64,000 nt of DNA, from contig NW_026864183.1 of assembly GCF_026571515.1 (NCBI RefSeq), forward strand, positions 62,001 through 126,000. The letters are read 5' to 3'. Origin of the DNA: Ruditapes philippinarum (lineage: Eukaryota). A program made the position numbers and the translations under genes. The notes beneath the pieces were generated by a model that was not told the DNA's origin, did not search any database, and worked only from the letters and a program-made list of their open reading frames with translations. Positions 37,969 through 52,800 of this stretch are shown one piece after another. How positions within the stretch are numbered: the stretch's first letter is position 1; each line of letters begins with the position of its first letter.

Positions 37969-40845
37969 AAAAGGAAAATACAAAAATGCTTTTATTTTTT
38001 TAGATAGTTAATTGAAATCTGTCAAAAAACAATGTTTTTTTCTTGTGCTTTTGAAAAATAGGTCATAAAATTTAAAAAAGTAATTGCTTATCAATGAAAA
38101 GATCGGAAGCATTTTAAAATTTAAAACCCCTTGTTTTGGGCCTTTCCCGGTTATATTGTATCTTTTTAATGAAAAATAATTTATTTTATAAAGGAAAAAG
38201 TGTTTAGAAAAATACATTTGCACTTTGGAACAATTACCCCTAACCAAAATTTCTAGACTTCCAACACTTTAAACGGATCAATGTCCATTCAACTACAAAA
38301 ATTTCACTGCTCGTCTCCAAGCTCATCTTTACTCCCACTGCTCTTTTATCGTCTTTTAAACGACAATGCTCCAATCATTTATTCACTTATTATTCCAGAC
38401 CAGGTATTGGTACGCGTTTAACTTTTGCAATGGAGGGACCGTGACCTGTTTTCAGTACATGGAGGAGCATGTGATCTGTTAACCGTTTATTGGTTAAACG
38501 AAAACTAGCTAAATAATGCGTTACGGATTTACCCTAGGAATTATCGAATTACATAATTAAACAACACTATTAGTTGATATTTCAAATTTTCATGTTCGAC
38601 CTTCTCCGGTCTTCAACGGTCACCAGTTTCTAAAGACCTTCTTCTATATTGATCGATTATTGTCAACTATATTCCTGATACAAACGTTTATTTATCCCCC
38701 CAAACAATGTTGAAAATAGTTAAATGAAATATCTTTGTCATTAAAAATGTTCCCCGCAGGAAACCATTTTACTTGTATCTACTTTAGTATATACATATTT
38801 TTAATATCCTCTTTAAATGCAATAACTAATGTCATAACTATAGAACACCGATTGGAATATCACCTTTAAAAATTGCCTCGTACTTCATCTAAGTATTGTT
38901 ATATTGTTTCTGATCTTTCGGGATCACTGTTTCCTTGAACAAATACTGCTTTTGAATACCGCTTAAGCCGGTGCTAGGGCGCGAGAGTTGAACATTTCAT
39001 TTTCCGCTATCTCTTATGAACTGACTCAAAACAATCAGGCCTGCTATTTACCACTCTTCGTTGTGGTTTGCAGAGATTCCTTTTCTCTCTATTTCATTGC
39101 TCTCGAAGTATCTCTCCTTTCCGGAGTTTTATATGAAAAACAAATTGTACACGTATTTTAATGTATTGGACATATGTTGGAATGTTGCTTTCATATGCAA
39201 TAAGTACAATATACTTGAATTTCCTTCCTTTACTTCAAAACTAAACATAACTTCATATAGTATACCTATAATGTCAACACTTTTATTCTACCATCAAATA
39301 CATTAACCAAAAAGTATAAATAAAAGCGATTGCTATACTTTATTCATACTATTATTCTGTAAACTAAAATCACAACTTGATCATGAACAATTTGTTACAT
39401 AATGGCCTAGCTATTATAGTTGTACACAAAATTGCCATCTATTATTCATTTTGAAAGCATTATTTGTAAAGATAATACCGAATTTACATTTCATGTTAAT
39501 AAAGGGAGGTAATAAGATATCTGTTTTCTATAAAGTCTAAGTCAAATTTTTCAATAAGAAATAAATGCATATATTTTAATGATTACATATAATGTGGACA
39601 AATATTTGCTATACATATTGTACATATTATTCGACGTTTGAAAATTGTTTGAGAAGCATAATAAATTTCACCTAAGTGTGGTAACAACCTTAATTACAAC
39701 AGAAGATCTTTCAGAAATATTTAAGATCATTTAAATTAAGGGTCTTATCAACTAAAGATGTGTTGATTCATCCATTATTTCATAAGATGTAAATCTACTT
39801 TTACTTCAGTACACTCTCAGTGGCAAGCAAAAATATTTCAGTAAACTTAAAAAGTATGTTTAAGACCGTGCTTATTATAATACACTTTAATATTGTGTTT
39901 CCATTTAAGCTCAGATGAACCAAAAAAAACGGACAGTTGATAAACTAAGACAGCTGTAGATTACATGTGACAGGCATGCAACAATACCCATTTAAAGTGT
40001 ATGTTTGGGAATCACCTTTTTTTTACAAATAATTTATCCTGAACTTTCAGTTCTGGTGAGCTAATAATTATAAGATACCAACACCAGCACAAACTAATAG
40101 TTTTTTGTCAGGATCATCTGCTAACTATGTTCAATGCAACACCGAAACATTAGTGTTTTTTCACATCAAACAGTAATACACGAGCCTTATCCCAGCAAAA
40201 CAATATTACGTTTTAAATTATATAACTTAGAACTCAGTCTGACAAATTGACATTTAAAACTGAGGTCATCTACACAATCACTTATATATAAAATCGTTGA
40301 CGAAACAAATAAATAATTCTTCAGCTATTAAGTTACAATGCGGTCTATCCAATGGAGTAACATCCTTTTTAATAATTGAAAAAAAATCCATTATTACATT
40401 TTCTTTTAACTGAAGAAGGAAACAGTCTCATATAAAGAACAACACTGAAACAAGTTTAAATGTTTATTACAAGGCATGAAATGATAAATGAAATGTAATA
40501 TACAACATAGCTTAAACAAATTTCAAAATAATCTTAAAATAATTTTTTTGGAAATTGACATTCCATAAGTACTATCACAGGCATCAAGAAAACAGACAAA
40601 ACAGCATAAATATAAAATGTTTTTCTTTTTTTATTAATTGTGGGACAGAAAAAACAGCATTTTTGTCCTCATATTCATATGATTCTTTGAGTTTATTAAG
40701 TAAAAATATCAGTCACTGAATTTTGCATACCATGTATAATAGTGTCTGATTGTTTATTTTGTTTTTGTTGTTGTAATTTTTTTAATGTAGATATAAATCA
40801 TTAAAATACACTGTTATGCTTTTTGTTACCATTATGTAATGATCT

Positions 40846-43800
40846 TTAGTTGTATGGAAACAACTTTGTTGGTAATGGCCAAACCATTTCTGAAAGAAAA
40901 CAGAAAAAAGTAAGACATGATGCTGAATAGTGAATTATTATTATCATCAAACACATAGTAACATTATATATACAATGTATATATATACTTTCTCTCTAAG
41001 CACAGCTCACACTTCGGACAAAGAATTTTTTAATTTGCTTAAAGAAAAACCATCCAGCAAGCTTAAAGCCACATGCCTCCAGGTTCATGCAAATTTTCGT
41101 AAAATTTTTTAGAATGTATTTAAAAGTAAAATCTTGTGAAGTGAACGAAGATATTAATCCACACATTGCAAATGACACTTAAAATTCACATAAATCACAA
41201 AATATCAAAAAGCAGCCCTTACTGTGTTAACAACAGAGTAGAATATGGTGATAAAGATTACAAAATCAGTCATTAATCACAAATGTAACAGAACATGTAA
41301 ATTATTACTTGAATCCTTTTTATAATATCTTAGTAGATCTGGTTTTCTTGAAATATTTTGGCTCATCTAAAGCCATGCAGCTTTAAGGAAAGTCACTCTG
41401 TAGTTATATCCAATATTCATGCTAATGCATGAAATAATCTATGAATACTCAGTTCTTTCTTTATTTAAATATAACATAAAGGGTCTTCTTCAATCCTGTT
41501 AAAGCAGAACAATGGTTATATTAATTTAGCTTTGCTGCTTCAACTTTAATAATTTATAAATCTGATATTTATGTTTGGTTGCCATTAAAATAATTTTACA
41601 CTACCTAATTGATAAAAAACTCACCACTTTCCAAAGTGACATCAAAGGGTTTCTCATACATGTCCAAATACTCTTCAGGCATTATCATTGTAGAGTCATT
41701 CTCCTCCAGTAAAAAGTGAATATGTGCTAAAAGTGAACAAACAAGCAATTAAATATTGAAACCTCACATCACTAAACTTCAACTATGACTGCCTGATATG
41801 AAAAAAACACATCCTATTGGATTTGGTCAAACTGTAGTCTTATAGGCAATGACCAAGAACTTCATACTATGTGGGCTGTCCAAGAGAAGGTGGCATGATT
41901 TTGTAGTATAATGTGGACTACCATAAGCAGAAACAAGACTTTTTGTTGTGGAATTTATAGATAGATTCTAGCAATCCGAAGACCAGGGGTATCTATTGAC
42001 ACTCGGACCTTAAGACACTTAAATGCTTTTACATTTTTCACTCAATATATTGGGTGCCTGTGACTGGTATGAACCTGTTTATATATTAACAAATATATTT
42101 AAAATACAGTGTATATATAATAATTTAGTACAATTTACATGGATTAAATTCAGTATCTAAAATGGTGATAACATGATACGAAATAAACACAAAATTGAAT
42201 TGATCTTTTCACAATATTTTTACTCCTGTAATGTCAAATGATGAAATAAAATACTATTACACAATTTATTGATGAACTGTCAGAAACATTTCAACAAAAC
42301 ATATAGCCCCTACCTTGTTGAGGAAGAAGATCTGGGAACTTTTCATGCAAAGAATCTAGTGTTGACTTAAAAGCAATCTGAAAATTGATAAATAAAATAT
42401 GGTAAGTAACATTACATTTGTTTCATATATATTTCATGTATTAAGTTTAGGGGCAAAAGGTTGGAAAGACTAGGAAAATATTTATATCTGCTTCCAGTAT
42501 GGCAAAGTTTAAAAATAGAAAACTTCTATCTTACCCATGCCATGATAAATTTGTAGCTTGTCAAGCTTTGAATTTGTAACTGTTCATTGTTAATGTAAGG
42601 GGTTTTGGTATCAGAAGCTTAAATTAATCAGCCAGATCAAACCCATAATACTTAGATGTATAACAGCACCAGCCATCATCATTCAGTGCATTCAAACAGT
42701 GAACCTCTAACCACCAAAAACATCTTATATGGCCTTGTCCATCTTTCAATCTGGACAAAACATTTCATCAATTTCAAAATATGTACTGACTATAGTGAAC
42801 AGTGCAGACCATGATCAGATGTGCCGGCTGATCTTGGTCTGCACTCAGGTCACATGGGTAGAATCTTTTTCAATCAGCAGGCTTAGAGTAAAAGTCTATG
42901 ATTGTATAAAATATACACCATACACAAACCTTTCAATAGAATCCCTTACATATTACTGGAAGCAAATATACAATAGATCTGAATAACAAAATACATGTAA
43001 AAGAATAAAATAACAATACAGGAGAAAAGTGGCAGACTATCAGCTAAATATATGTACAAAATATACAAATTCCCAGTGAAATAAGGATCAAAAAATAAAA
43101 CTGATTCAAATTTATGAAAACTGATTCAAATTTACTTATAAATGGAAATTTAGATTAAACTTAATCATTTTGTGAAGAAGAAAAAGTGGTAGTAGTAGAA
43201 GAAGTTGTCAATTGAATTAAAATCCTAATCGTTGATTCTGTTTTTCTACTCAAACAATGTGCAAAGTGTCTCAAAACAACTCGCCAGGCAGTGAGCATTG
43301 TTCAGTGCTCTTTATCTAAATTAAGTCATTATTGAAATGTAGTAAATCATCCTTACACACATTTTATTATATAAATATGATAATATGAAACTGATCTTTT
43401 AAACAAGCCGGACACAATTGCCTGATAAATATATTAAAAATGAAATACTATAGTAAATGATCCAATCATAGGAAATCAACTTAAACTGATTTTGTTCTTT
43501 CTAAGTATTTTTGAAAGTATTTTTGAAAGTATTTCTAAGTATTTCACAATAACACTGTTTCAATTTAAGTAGACTCTTCATGACATATGCCCACTTTCTA
43601 GTCCCATTCAGTGCACTTGTAAAAGAAGATAGTTAAGTGCCCATCTCTACATTATCTACAGAGCCTATCATATGTGTATATTTTTACCATCGGCATTTTA
43701 TATGCTACCTGAAAAGCTCCTTCACTAGAAACAATTCAACATCTAAAGCAAGGTTCAACCCCATAAATGTAAGGCAGAAACAAAAGGTTCAAACTTAACA

Positions 43801-46800
43801 ACATTGAGCATTTAGTTTTATAACAAGTTCTTGTGATTTAAAGAAGGTTAAAAAAAATCAAAATAGAGAACATAATTGCCATGTCACATCACCTCATCTG
43901 AAAGAAATTTTGCACAGTGCAAGAATATTTGTTGTTCTTAAATTATGCAGATACAGATGTTTTGTTTTTTGTTGGATTTTAAGTCACACCAACAAGTTTT
44001 AAGGTCAGTGATTTAGCAAGTTTCCAGCTTTACTGGTGGAGGAAGACATCAGGTGCCCCTCTGTGCATTATATCAGGCACAAATTGGCACCCGAGTAGAA
44101 CTACCAACCTTCTGTATGTGAGTTTCCTCTCATAAATGGATTCAAACCACACAGCAGTGACTCGCAGACAAGTGATTTGAAGATGGTAACCCAAACCACT
44201 AAACCATGGAGTCCTCTGATGCTACAGACACTTATCTTTCATTAAAAGATAATCTAATCTATTGGTAGATCCAGTAAAGCTAAACTGAAAATAGGTTCAG
44301 GTCAAAGCAAAACACTTATTTGAGAGACTACATAAAATGTAACAATTGTGAACTGCATATAAAATATGGCAACTGAGACTATGAAATATCCCAAATACCA
44401 GTTTTGCAACATTACTGGTAAGGGGAATTCAGAGGAAAAATACAAGGAAACAATATATATAACTAAGCAATTTCTTCACATTGAATTTCAATACCATGTG
44501 CTTTTACATCTACAGTGCTAACCTAAACATACCAATGTGCAAGTGAAAAAAAACACATTCTTTATTCCTATATCAAACTCCATATCAATATCAAAATCTT
44601 AATGAGATTAACACCATGCTTTACAATACAGCACATCAAAGACTTTCAGCACTTCATATACCCATAAAAAATGCATGTTTTATTTACCCAATCCTCCTCA
44701 TTTATAAAGCTAGTACCATCAGGCATAATCTAAAGAATAATCTCAAAATATTTAGATCAAATTCACAACTGGCATTTCATAAAACAGGTATCACAACACC
44801 AAATTCGCAGACACAGAGTTTTACTTTTTGTAATTATGTATTCTTTATTGGATATAAATATAACGAGGAATGCCAACATTCATGCACAAAACCTGATTTA
44901 AATACCAATACAAGGACTGTCCATAAGACAGTAGGCTCGAGTATTCTCAGTGCTTGACAGTAAGAAAAGGGGCATAACTCTAAAAAAAGGTAACTAAGAG
45001 TTATGGGACCTATGCCCAACAAGTTAGATCATCACAGAAAACAGGTGTGTGAAGTTTTAACAAATTCCTTTCAGTAGTTAGAGATACCAACTTGCACGCA
45101 AATCTTAACCAAAGTGCGACTGCAATACAAATACTGATGCTAACATGAGTACAATAGCTCACACTATTCTTCAAATTGTCAAGCTCAAAACAAAGAACAT
45201 CTTTTGTTCAAAATTTCTTAACATACAGAACATGTACAGGATATTAGAGCGAAAGGACTCGCAACTCTTTAAGTAATCTGATAAAATCTTCTTTGCTCAA
45301 ACTTCCTTGTAATAATTTGATGTATACAAACATTTAAGTAATATTTCTTGTAATTTGTTAAACATTAGTCAGAATGACCAATAGACAGACAGACGAACAG
45401 ACAGACAAACAAATATATAAATAGATGAACATACAACATCAAAACAATATCTTGCAGGCAATAATTCAGGAAATATTGGTTAAAATATTGGTAGAGGGAT
45501 TGACACTGACTGATATAACACTATTTATGTAATAATATCTTCTACTGTAAAAAAAAAACAAGACAAAAAAAATAAACCATTTCTAAGAATAATAAAATAA
45601 AAATCTTAAAAAAAAAATAATTGTTATGTTACATCTAATTTCATATGGTTTAACTTGATATGTTAAAGTATATATGCGTTAATTTTCAAAATAAGGCTGA
45701 GAAAAGTTGGCAACAATTTTGATTTTCATGTGTGAACTTACTGAATTTGTTAAATAGGCTTGTCCAGCTTCCATTTTTTGAACCATCCATGTTTATTTTT
45801 TTACAAATATTAAAATGATAATTTGAAGTTGTTCAGCCAACAATATAAAGCCTGGTCAGACTGCACGGAAGTGCAGGCTAACCTGGCACTATGCTGGTGG
45901 CAAAGGCCAATCACTTTTGGTTTGAGCAGTTTAAGAAAAAGATGAAATACCTTTGGAATGATCGCCAACTTGCTACCAAGTTTAAGTAGTTGTGAGAGAA
46001 GATCTATGATAATTTTATCGGCACCTTCTGATGATTCATAAGATTCCATTCTAGCTGCCTGTATATCCAACGTCCTGAAGTTCCACTGTTGGTAAAGACG
46101 TGTGGATACGTTCACCGTAGTTAAGGAGTTATTAATACATGTTTAAGTAGTGTACATGTGCATGGGTGCAAGTTGATTGAAAATTTGGAAAAACCTGAAA
46201 ACCTTTATTCATAACCATTTTCATACATAATTTTATAGTAAAAAATGATGAAATTTGTCACAAAAAACCTGAGCTTCAGGCATATGCCTGAAAACTTGCA
46301 CCCATGCATGTGGTTGGAAATGATTCAATTATAGATCTCTCTATTGAATTAAAGAGAGATAAATCTAGTTAATGGTTGTCAATGAAACTCGAGGAAAAAC
46401 TGAATATGTAGAAAGTAAACTAACATGCTGAATTGTCTGAATTCAAATATGGACCAACCAACTGTTTATTTCAGAGATGTGGAGCTAATGCTGGGAAGCA
46501 AACAATGTTATGGCAATTTTTTCAGCTAAATTACTGATGGAGGAAGATCTCAGATGCCCCTTCATCAAAAGCTGCATTTTAGCTGAACCACCAACCTTTA
46601 AGCTATATGAAGCTAACAGCTTTCTAATGTGAAATAATTTGGAGTCAATTCAGTCTAAAATGGAATTTGAATGTACAGATCTGAGCTACCTATTGTATAC
46701 ATTTGGTTATGAAGGCATTCTTTTGAATTAACAATGAATTGTTCCAAGTTCAAAGCAGTACAAGTCTTTAAAAGTTGTTTTTTTTTTTTTTTAATTTCAA

Positions 46801-49800
46801 AATCTGTGGTGTAAATGTTTGGACTGTCACATTATGAAGCATATCAAACTTTTAAAACTCTCCCATTAGGCTGCATGCCACAAGATTCTACCAATTTTCA
46901 TGAAAATTTGGAAATGTATTTCAAAGTATTGTGTAGTGAACAAAGAAAGTAATTTACACACTGCAAACTGCACTTACAATCCATGTAAATTACCAAAAAG
47001 AGATCAAAATATACAAAAATAGCTGTTACTGTGTTAGTCCTGCAGTAGAAATATGGTATTATAAATATACTAAGATCAGTCATTAATCATACATAACATG
47101 TAAATTGTTACTTGAATCTTGAATCTTTTACTTTTCTTAAAATCTTAGAGTTACATCTCTTCAAATTTGATTTTCTCTAAATATTTTAGAACATCTGGAG
47201 GTGTGCAGCTTTAATGATTTGTATAGCAAATTAAAACATGTATTTATAAAGGATATATCATGTGAGACAATAAGTATTTTTGCCTGTTCTAGAAAACCAT
47301 CTTCCTCTTTTTGTGTCTTTATTATATCTCTCACCACTTCAAGAATCATATCTGACGATGTCTGGAAAATAATAATAATAGAATCCTATAATAATTGACA
47401 TTAACCCATTACTTCATATACACGCCTTTTTCACCCCCCCCCCCTTTTTGTTGTCTCAAATGATGAAAAAATGCCTTATTTAGGCCCCAAACACTTGTTT
47501 TTGTTTGAGAAATGTTGTTAAAAAAAGTGACCTCTTTTTCGGCGCGGTCCCCCAACCAAAAGATACATCAGGGGGTTGCCAGAAGGGGGATGTGCCCCCT
47601 TCTGTTTGGGGGGTTTGAAGGGGGGCGGAGTCCCCCTCATCGCCAAGAAAAATTTTGGACTTGTGAGAGGCTGTAAATGACCCCAGATTGATCATAAGGT
47701 AACGTGTAATCAACGCTGAAAAGCATTTGACTCTATCTCAATCCATTGAGAAAGTGCAGCACTTTGAAATCAATTTTGATGGAAAAAATCAACGCAAAAT
47801 AGTGATTTTTGGCAATTTTGAGATGTCCCCTCGTTGCCATGGTAACAGAAAATTTAAGCCTGAGCATGTTGTTGCAAGTGCAATGGTCCAGTCAACATTT
47901 GTGCCAAGTTTGATTAGTGTTGAAGCAGTTTTTATAGTATTATAGCAATTTGAACTTGTAACGGGAGACTTTTCAATGAAAACAGCCATTTTTCACAAAA
48001 TGCTCATGAAGTAATGGGTTAAAGGAACTTGACTTAATTTCTTTTACTTAATAGGACTGGGAATATAATGTGTTTCTTACACAAATCAAGCTTAGAATCC
48101 CATAAAAAATCTAATACAATTATGTAATTCTGATTGTTACAAAAATAGTTATTATTTTGCATATTTTTCTGTTTTTAGTGCCAAAGTTGATCTATGTATC
48201 TATATATAATTCAGTTATCTTTTTATTCTTCTCTGTTTATCATATACCTTTCATTAAAAATAATTAAAGTAATTATGGATATTTGTAAGTGACTATCTTA
48301 ATCCTGGCTTTATTTCAATCATCTTTCAATTATCATCACACTTTAACAACAAGAGGGCCCAGAGGGCCCTGGATCGCTCACCTGAGAAAAAGGTCAAAAG
48401 GTCAAAGTTGAGTCCCTTTTTCACCAAAAAAGCACAATTTGAAAACAAGGGACAGCTTAATCTGAACAATTTTTTGTACACTGTCATCAAGGAAATTTTG
48501 TGTAAAATTATTTCAAAATTGAACCAGTGGTTTAGATGTTGTTGTCTAATTTTAACTCTGGCAGTCATTTTAATAAACAGTTCAGCCTGTCACTAAGTGA
48601 GAAGTGAGCTTATAAAAAGATGACAGAAAAATTGAAGGAAAACAAACATTTGACCTGGCTGGGGATTGAACTGTCAACCTTGATCCCCTGGGGCAGGGCC
48701 AATTTTGACCCTAGGGTTTCATTTGAACAAACATGGTAGACATACACTAGAAAAAGTTTGATGCCAAATATCTAAGCTCTACCTCTTGTGGATTTTTACA
48801 AGAAGATTTTTAAAGTTTTTACTATATACATGTAGAGAAAATCAATGACCCCTGGGGCCAGCCCAATTTTGACCGTAGGGCTTTCATTTGAACAAACATG
48901 GTAGACATCCACTAGCAGATGTTTTATGCCAAATATCTAAGCTCTAGCTCTTTTGGAGTTTCACAAGAGATTTTTTAAGTTTTTACTATATACATGGTAT
49001 ATATAAGGAAAATCAATGACCCCCTGGGGCGGGGCAAATTTTGACCCTAGGGCTTTTATTTGACCAAACTTGCTAGACATCCATTAGAAGATGTTTCATA
49101 TCTAAGCTCTATCTGCTTTGGATTTTCACAAGAAGAATTTTTTTTGTTTTTACTATATATATATATATATAGTAAAAACTAAAAAAAAAAATATATATAT
49201 ATGCATATAAGGAAAATTAATGAGCCCTGAGGCCGGCCAATTCTGACCCTAGGGCATTTATTTGAACAAACTTGGTAGGCATCCACTAGAAGATGTTTTA
49301 TGCCAAATATCTAAGCTCTAGACCTTTGGGTTCTTTACAAGAAGATTTTTTTTCAGATTTTTTGTAAAAATATCTTTAGGCTGCCATGGGAACCAGAGTT
49401 CTTTATGGAATTAATTCTTTGAACAACTTTGGTAGAGCTTTATGCAAGGAGCATTCCTGCAAAGTTTCAACAAATATGGCCTAATGGTTTAGGAGGAAAA
49501 AGTTGTTGAAAAAATTTTGTTGACACAACCAGACAATGGACAATGGGGCCTCACTGCCTTTAGGGGCATTGTCCCCGTGACTAAAAATAAAATTTAATTT
49601 TCTACCTCTAGGGTAAAACAGAATTTATCTTTTTTGTACTATTAACCCTAGCCTGTGGGCAAAGATGAATTTAACAGGCAAACCCGTAAGACCAAAGATC
49701 AAACAGCAATCAATGCCCTCGATCATGGGCTGCACTCTGGCATTAGTTATATTATTTTGAAAATTTTTCCAAAATGAAAAATGGTTTTGTCCAGATTGAG

Positions 49801-52800
49801 AGAGCAAGTTCTTTAAGAATTAAGTTGGTAAGGGGGTTTAAAAATTTTTGGGGAAGATATATAGATTTTCCTTACAACTAAAAGGGTTTTAAGGGACACT
49901 AGAAGAAGACCTGTTATTGTTCAGCATGCTGGTAGTTATTCTGTAAGTTCTTCAACAATCTGTCATAATGATCTGAAAAATAAAAATTACACCTCATATT
50001 ACACAGCCTATTAATGGATATAAATTACACACAGTTGACTGTTCCTCTTAAACTTTCACTCTCTCTATTGGATAACATGAGAATAACTATCAATATAGGA
50101 ATTTTTTGTGTGTTCTTTCTTTACATCTGAGGTCACTCACGGTGTCACTACCAGTTCAACATCACATAGGCACACTCTTGCAAAAATTTGCAGACTGGCC
50201 TTTTGACATCAGGAAGTCACCAATGCTCCTTAATGTGTGTTCTAGCCAAGTAAAATACTTTGAAAAAATATTATCCATAAAAATACTACCCATTCAACTA
50301 TAAAATGGTTGAAAAAGAATCTGAAATGTTGTTATGTATGACATTTCACTAAATGGTCACTAATGGAAATTTAATTTATTTTTATCTTTCTTTAAAAACA
50401 ATTACTGGACCTCCACTTTTTTTTAGCTAATCTTATGTTACATGGACCCTACATGTAGGCCAGGAGGTATTATAAAGGAAATCATGTACACAAGATGACA
50501 GTTTCTTGTAGAAAAGCAGGCCTGACTTTTTTTAATGCAAATACTGGTAAAGAAACCAGGAACATTTGTTAGACAACTAACAATCAGTATATAACAATGA
50601 TTTTTAAAAAAAAGTACATTTTTATTGCCTACAAGGGTTTGACTTAAATATAAATTTTCACCCAGTTTAAGTTAACAAAAAGAAAAAACAACAAAATCAC
50701 TATACTCACTTCCAACTTCAATTCTGTCATCAACATTCTCTCTTAATTTTCCAACATATACTATTCTGTGAACCAGATTTTTCTGAAATTATAAATATAT
50801 CTTAATATTGAAATATAATATTAAAAGTTTTAGCAAATATTCTAACATTTAAATAAGCTCATAATAATGGAATTGTCTAGATTTAAATAACAGCTGGTCC
50901 AATTTACTCCCTAGGAAATAAATCATTTTATGCAGTATTTTCTATTCATGTAATTGGTTACAAGTTATGAGGTAACATCAATACAGTGACATCATTGAAT
51001 ATCTATTATAATTACAAACTGCTGTTGCTTATACTGGAAATGATAAATATTTTCCGATTTTTTGTTGTGCTTAAAACATGGGCATATCATTTTTAATCTT
51101 TCTTCTTCTCCACAAAGTAATGTTCATAATTTCAGGGTTAAGAAATCTCTTAATGTATCATACTGTATCAATTACTGAAAAATAATTTTTTCTTCAACAT
51201 ATACATGTATGTTAAGAAAAAGATTAATATACAATCAGCTATAACAATTATAAAATTTTGTTCTTTTGGATATTGAAGCAATCAGTTTATACATTTTTGC
51301 CTTTACAAAAACATTAAAAAAAAACATGCACATTTGTGACATTAATTGTCAATCAACATTTTGAAAGTTTGTGTAGTACTGTGTTTAAAGTCTCTGATTT
51401 ATACAGTTTTCGGTTAACTATTTTGTGCTCACACAAACTTTGTACATGCATTTGAATGTTGTTATTAGTGAAAGCCATATGAAAAACCATGTAAATTAAG
51501 GCTTATTATGCTCTGCATTCCTAAAATATGGCAATGCAAATTAAATCTAAATACTCTACCTTCCTAAAAAAAAGATTTTATCATTAATATCATTATTAAT
51601 ATCTCAAAAATATATTTCACACTGCAAATTTTTCTACCATTTTACTAGAACCTCCACCTTCTGCTGGATCAAAACACGAAAGCTCAAAAAAGCTCTTCTT
51701 AGGCCAGTCCCATACTCTTTCCTGGGGTTTCTTGGCTTTCCGGCGCCTTTCTGGGCTTCGAGACCCAGGTCTTTGCTTTTCCTGATCCCCTGCATCATTT
51801 TGACTATCATCTTTATTACCTTTATCTTTCTCTAGCTGACTCATTTTTTCTGCCATTGTTTACCTATGTTCCCGTTTTATTTAAAAAAGCTCTGGAACCA
51901 CCTGACTACTGTTTTTACCCGAGCGATTTTAGTTATAAAATCACCCAAACACTGTTTAAAATTTATTCACGGCAAGTCCATTCAAGTTAAATTCAAATGC
52001 AAAAAATAAAAACTTCCTAATCTAAATATTAAAGAATATGGTATATTTGTTCTTTAATAATAATTATCAAATAAGTTGTTTATTCCACACAATATAAATT
52101 TCATCCAGCTTTTTTTCCAGATTTTTTTTAACAATGTAGATCTAATAAATATATATTTTTTTCTGTGAATTTATGTGTGACACATGAATCTTCTAAATCT
52201 CTTCACATGACAAAATTTAACAAGTCTGATTTAAAATTGAGAGTTAAAAGATTTGTTTTAACACACAGACTTCACAATACACTATTGGTTACTTAAAAAC
52301 AATCTTATCACTACAGGTATAACTACCTGTTGACAGCATGTGATAAAGTTTCAATCATACTGATAAGCTTTTAATAATGTTTCATTCCATGTTGACAAAA
52401 GTTTAATCTAAATGTCTTTCAAATCACAATATCTTAAGTAAATATACACCAGCTGAAACAAACATAATGCCGGCAAAATCAACAAAAATCTACAATCTGT
52501 ACAAATGCTGGATTTTTATTGTAAGCCTTAAATATTCTTCACTTGTGATTTTTTTTTTGAACTGTATTAAAACATACCTGAAAATGGTTTATTCTAAGGG
52601 ATTCATTTCAAGTGTTTTGTGTTAAGCAAATATTAAGAGTATGTTTGTACAATGGGATAAGATACAATAAAACTATAGTGGCATATTAGAAACTGGCAAT
52701 TTATTACATATACTTTGGGTGAAAAAATAAATCCCAGAGCTTTGTTTGATGAACAAATAGTAGTTTACCAGATAACTGATCTGCTACTTGTGGAAATTGT

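Larger units (their letters stand above)
46110..47256 (-). other. U12-type (minor spliceosome) AT-AC intron of TEX47
   Basis: 5' site GAT|ATATCCTTT (47256-47248); branch site TCCTTAAC (46127-46120) 10 nt upstream of the terminal AC|GTA; joins SHD|VSTRL in frame. Confidence 0.93.

Noticed and set aside
41220-41385. Similarity to 47025-47215, and of 54380-54665 to 59570-59860
   Set aside because: Non-coding diverged dispersed repeats with no ORF or structure evident; most likely old TE fragments
48680-49400. Regularly spaced repeats resembling a CRISPR array
   Set aside because: Eukaryotic context; whole ~170-bp units repeat with no unique spacers; internal array of a Helentron-type element
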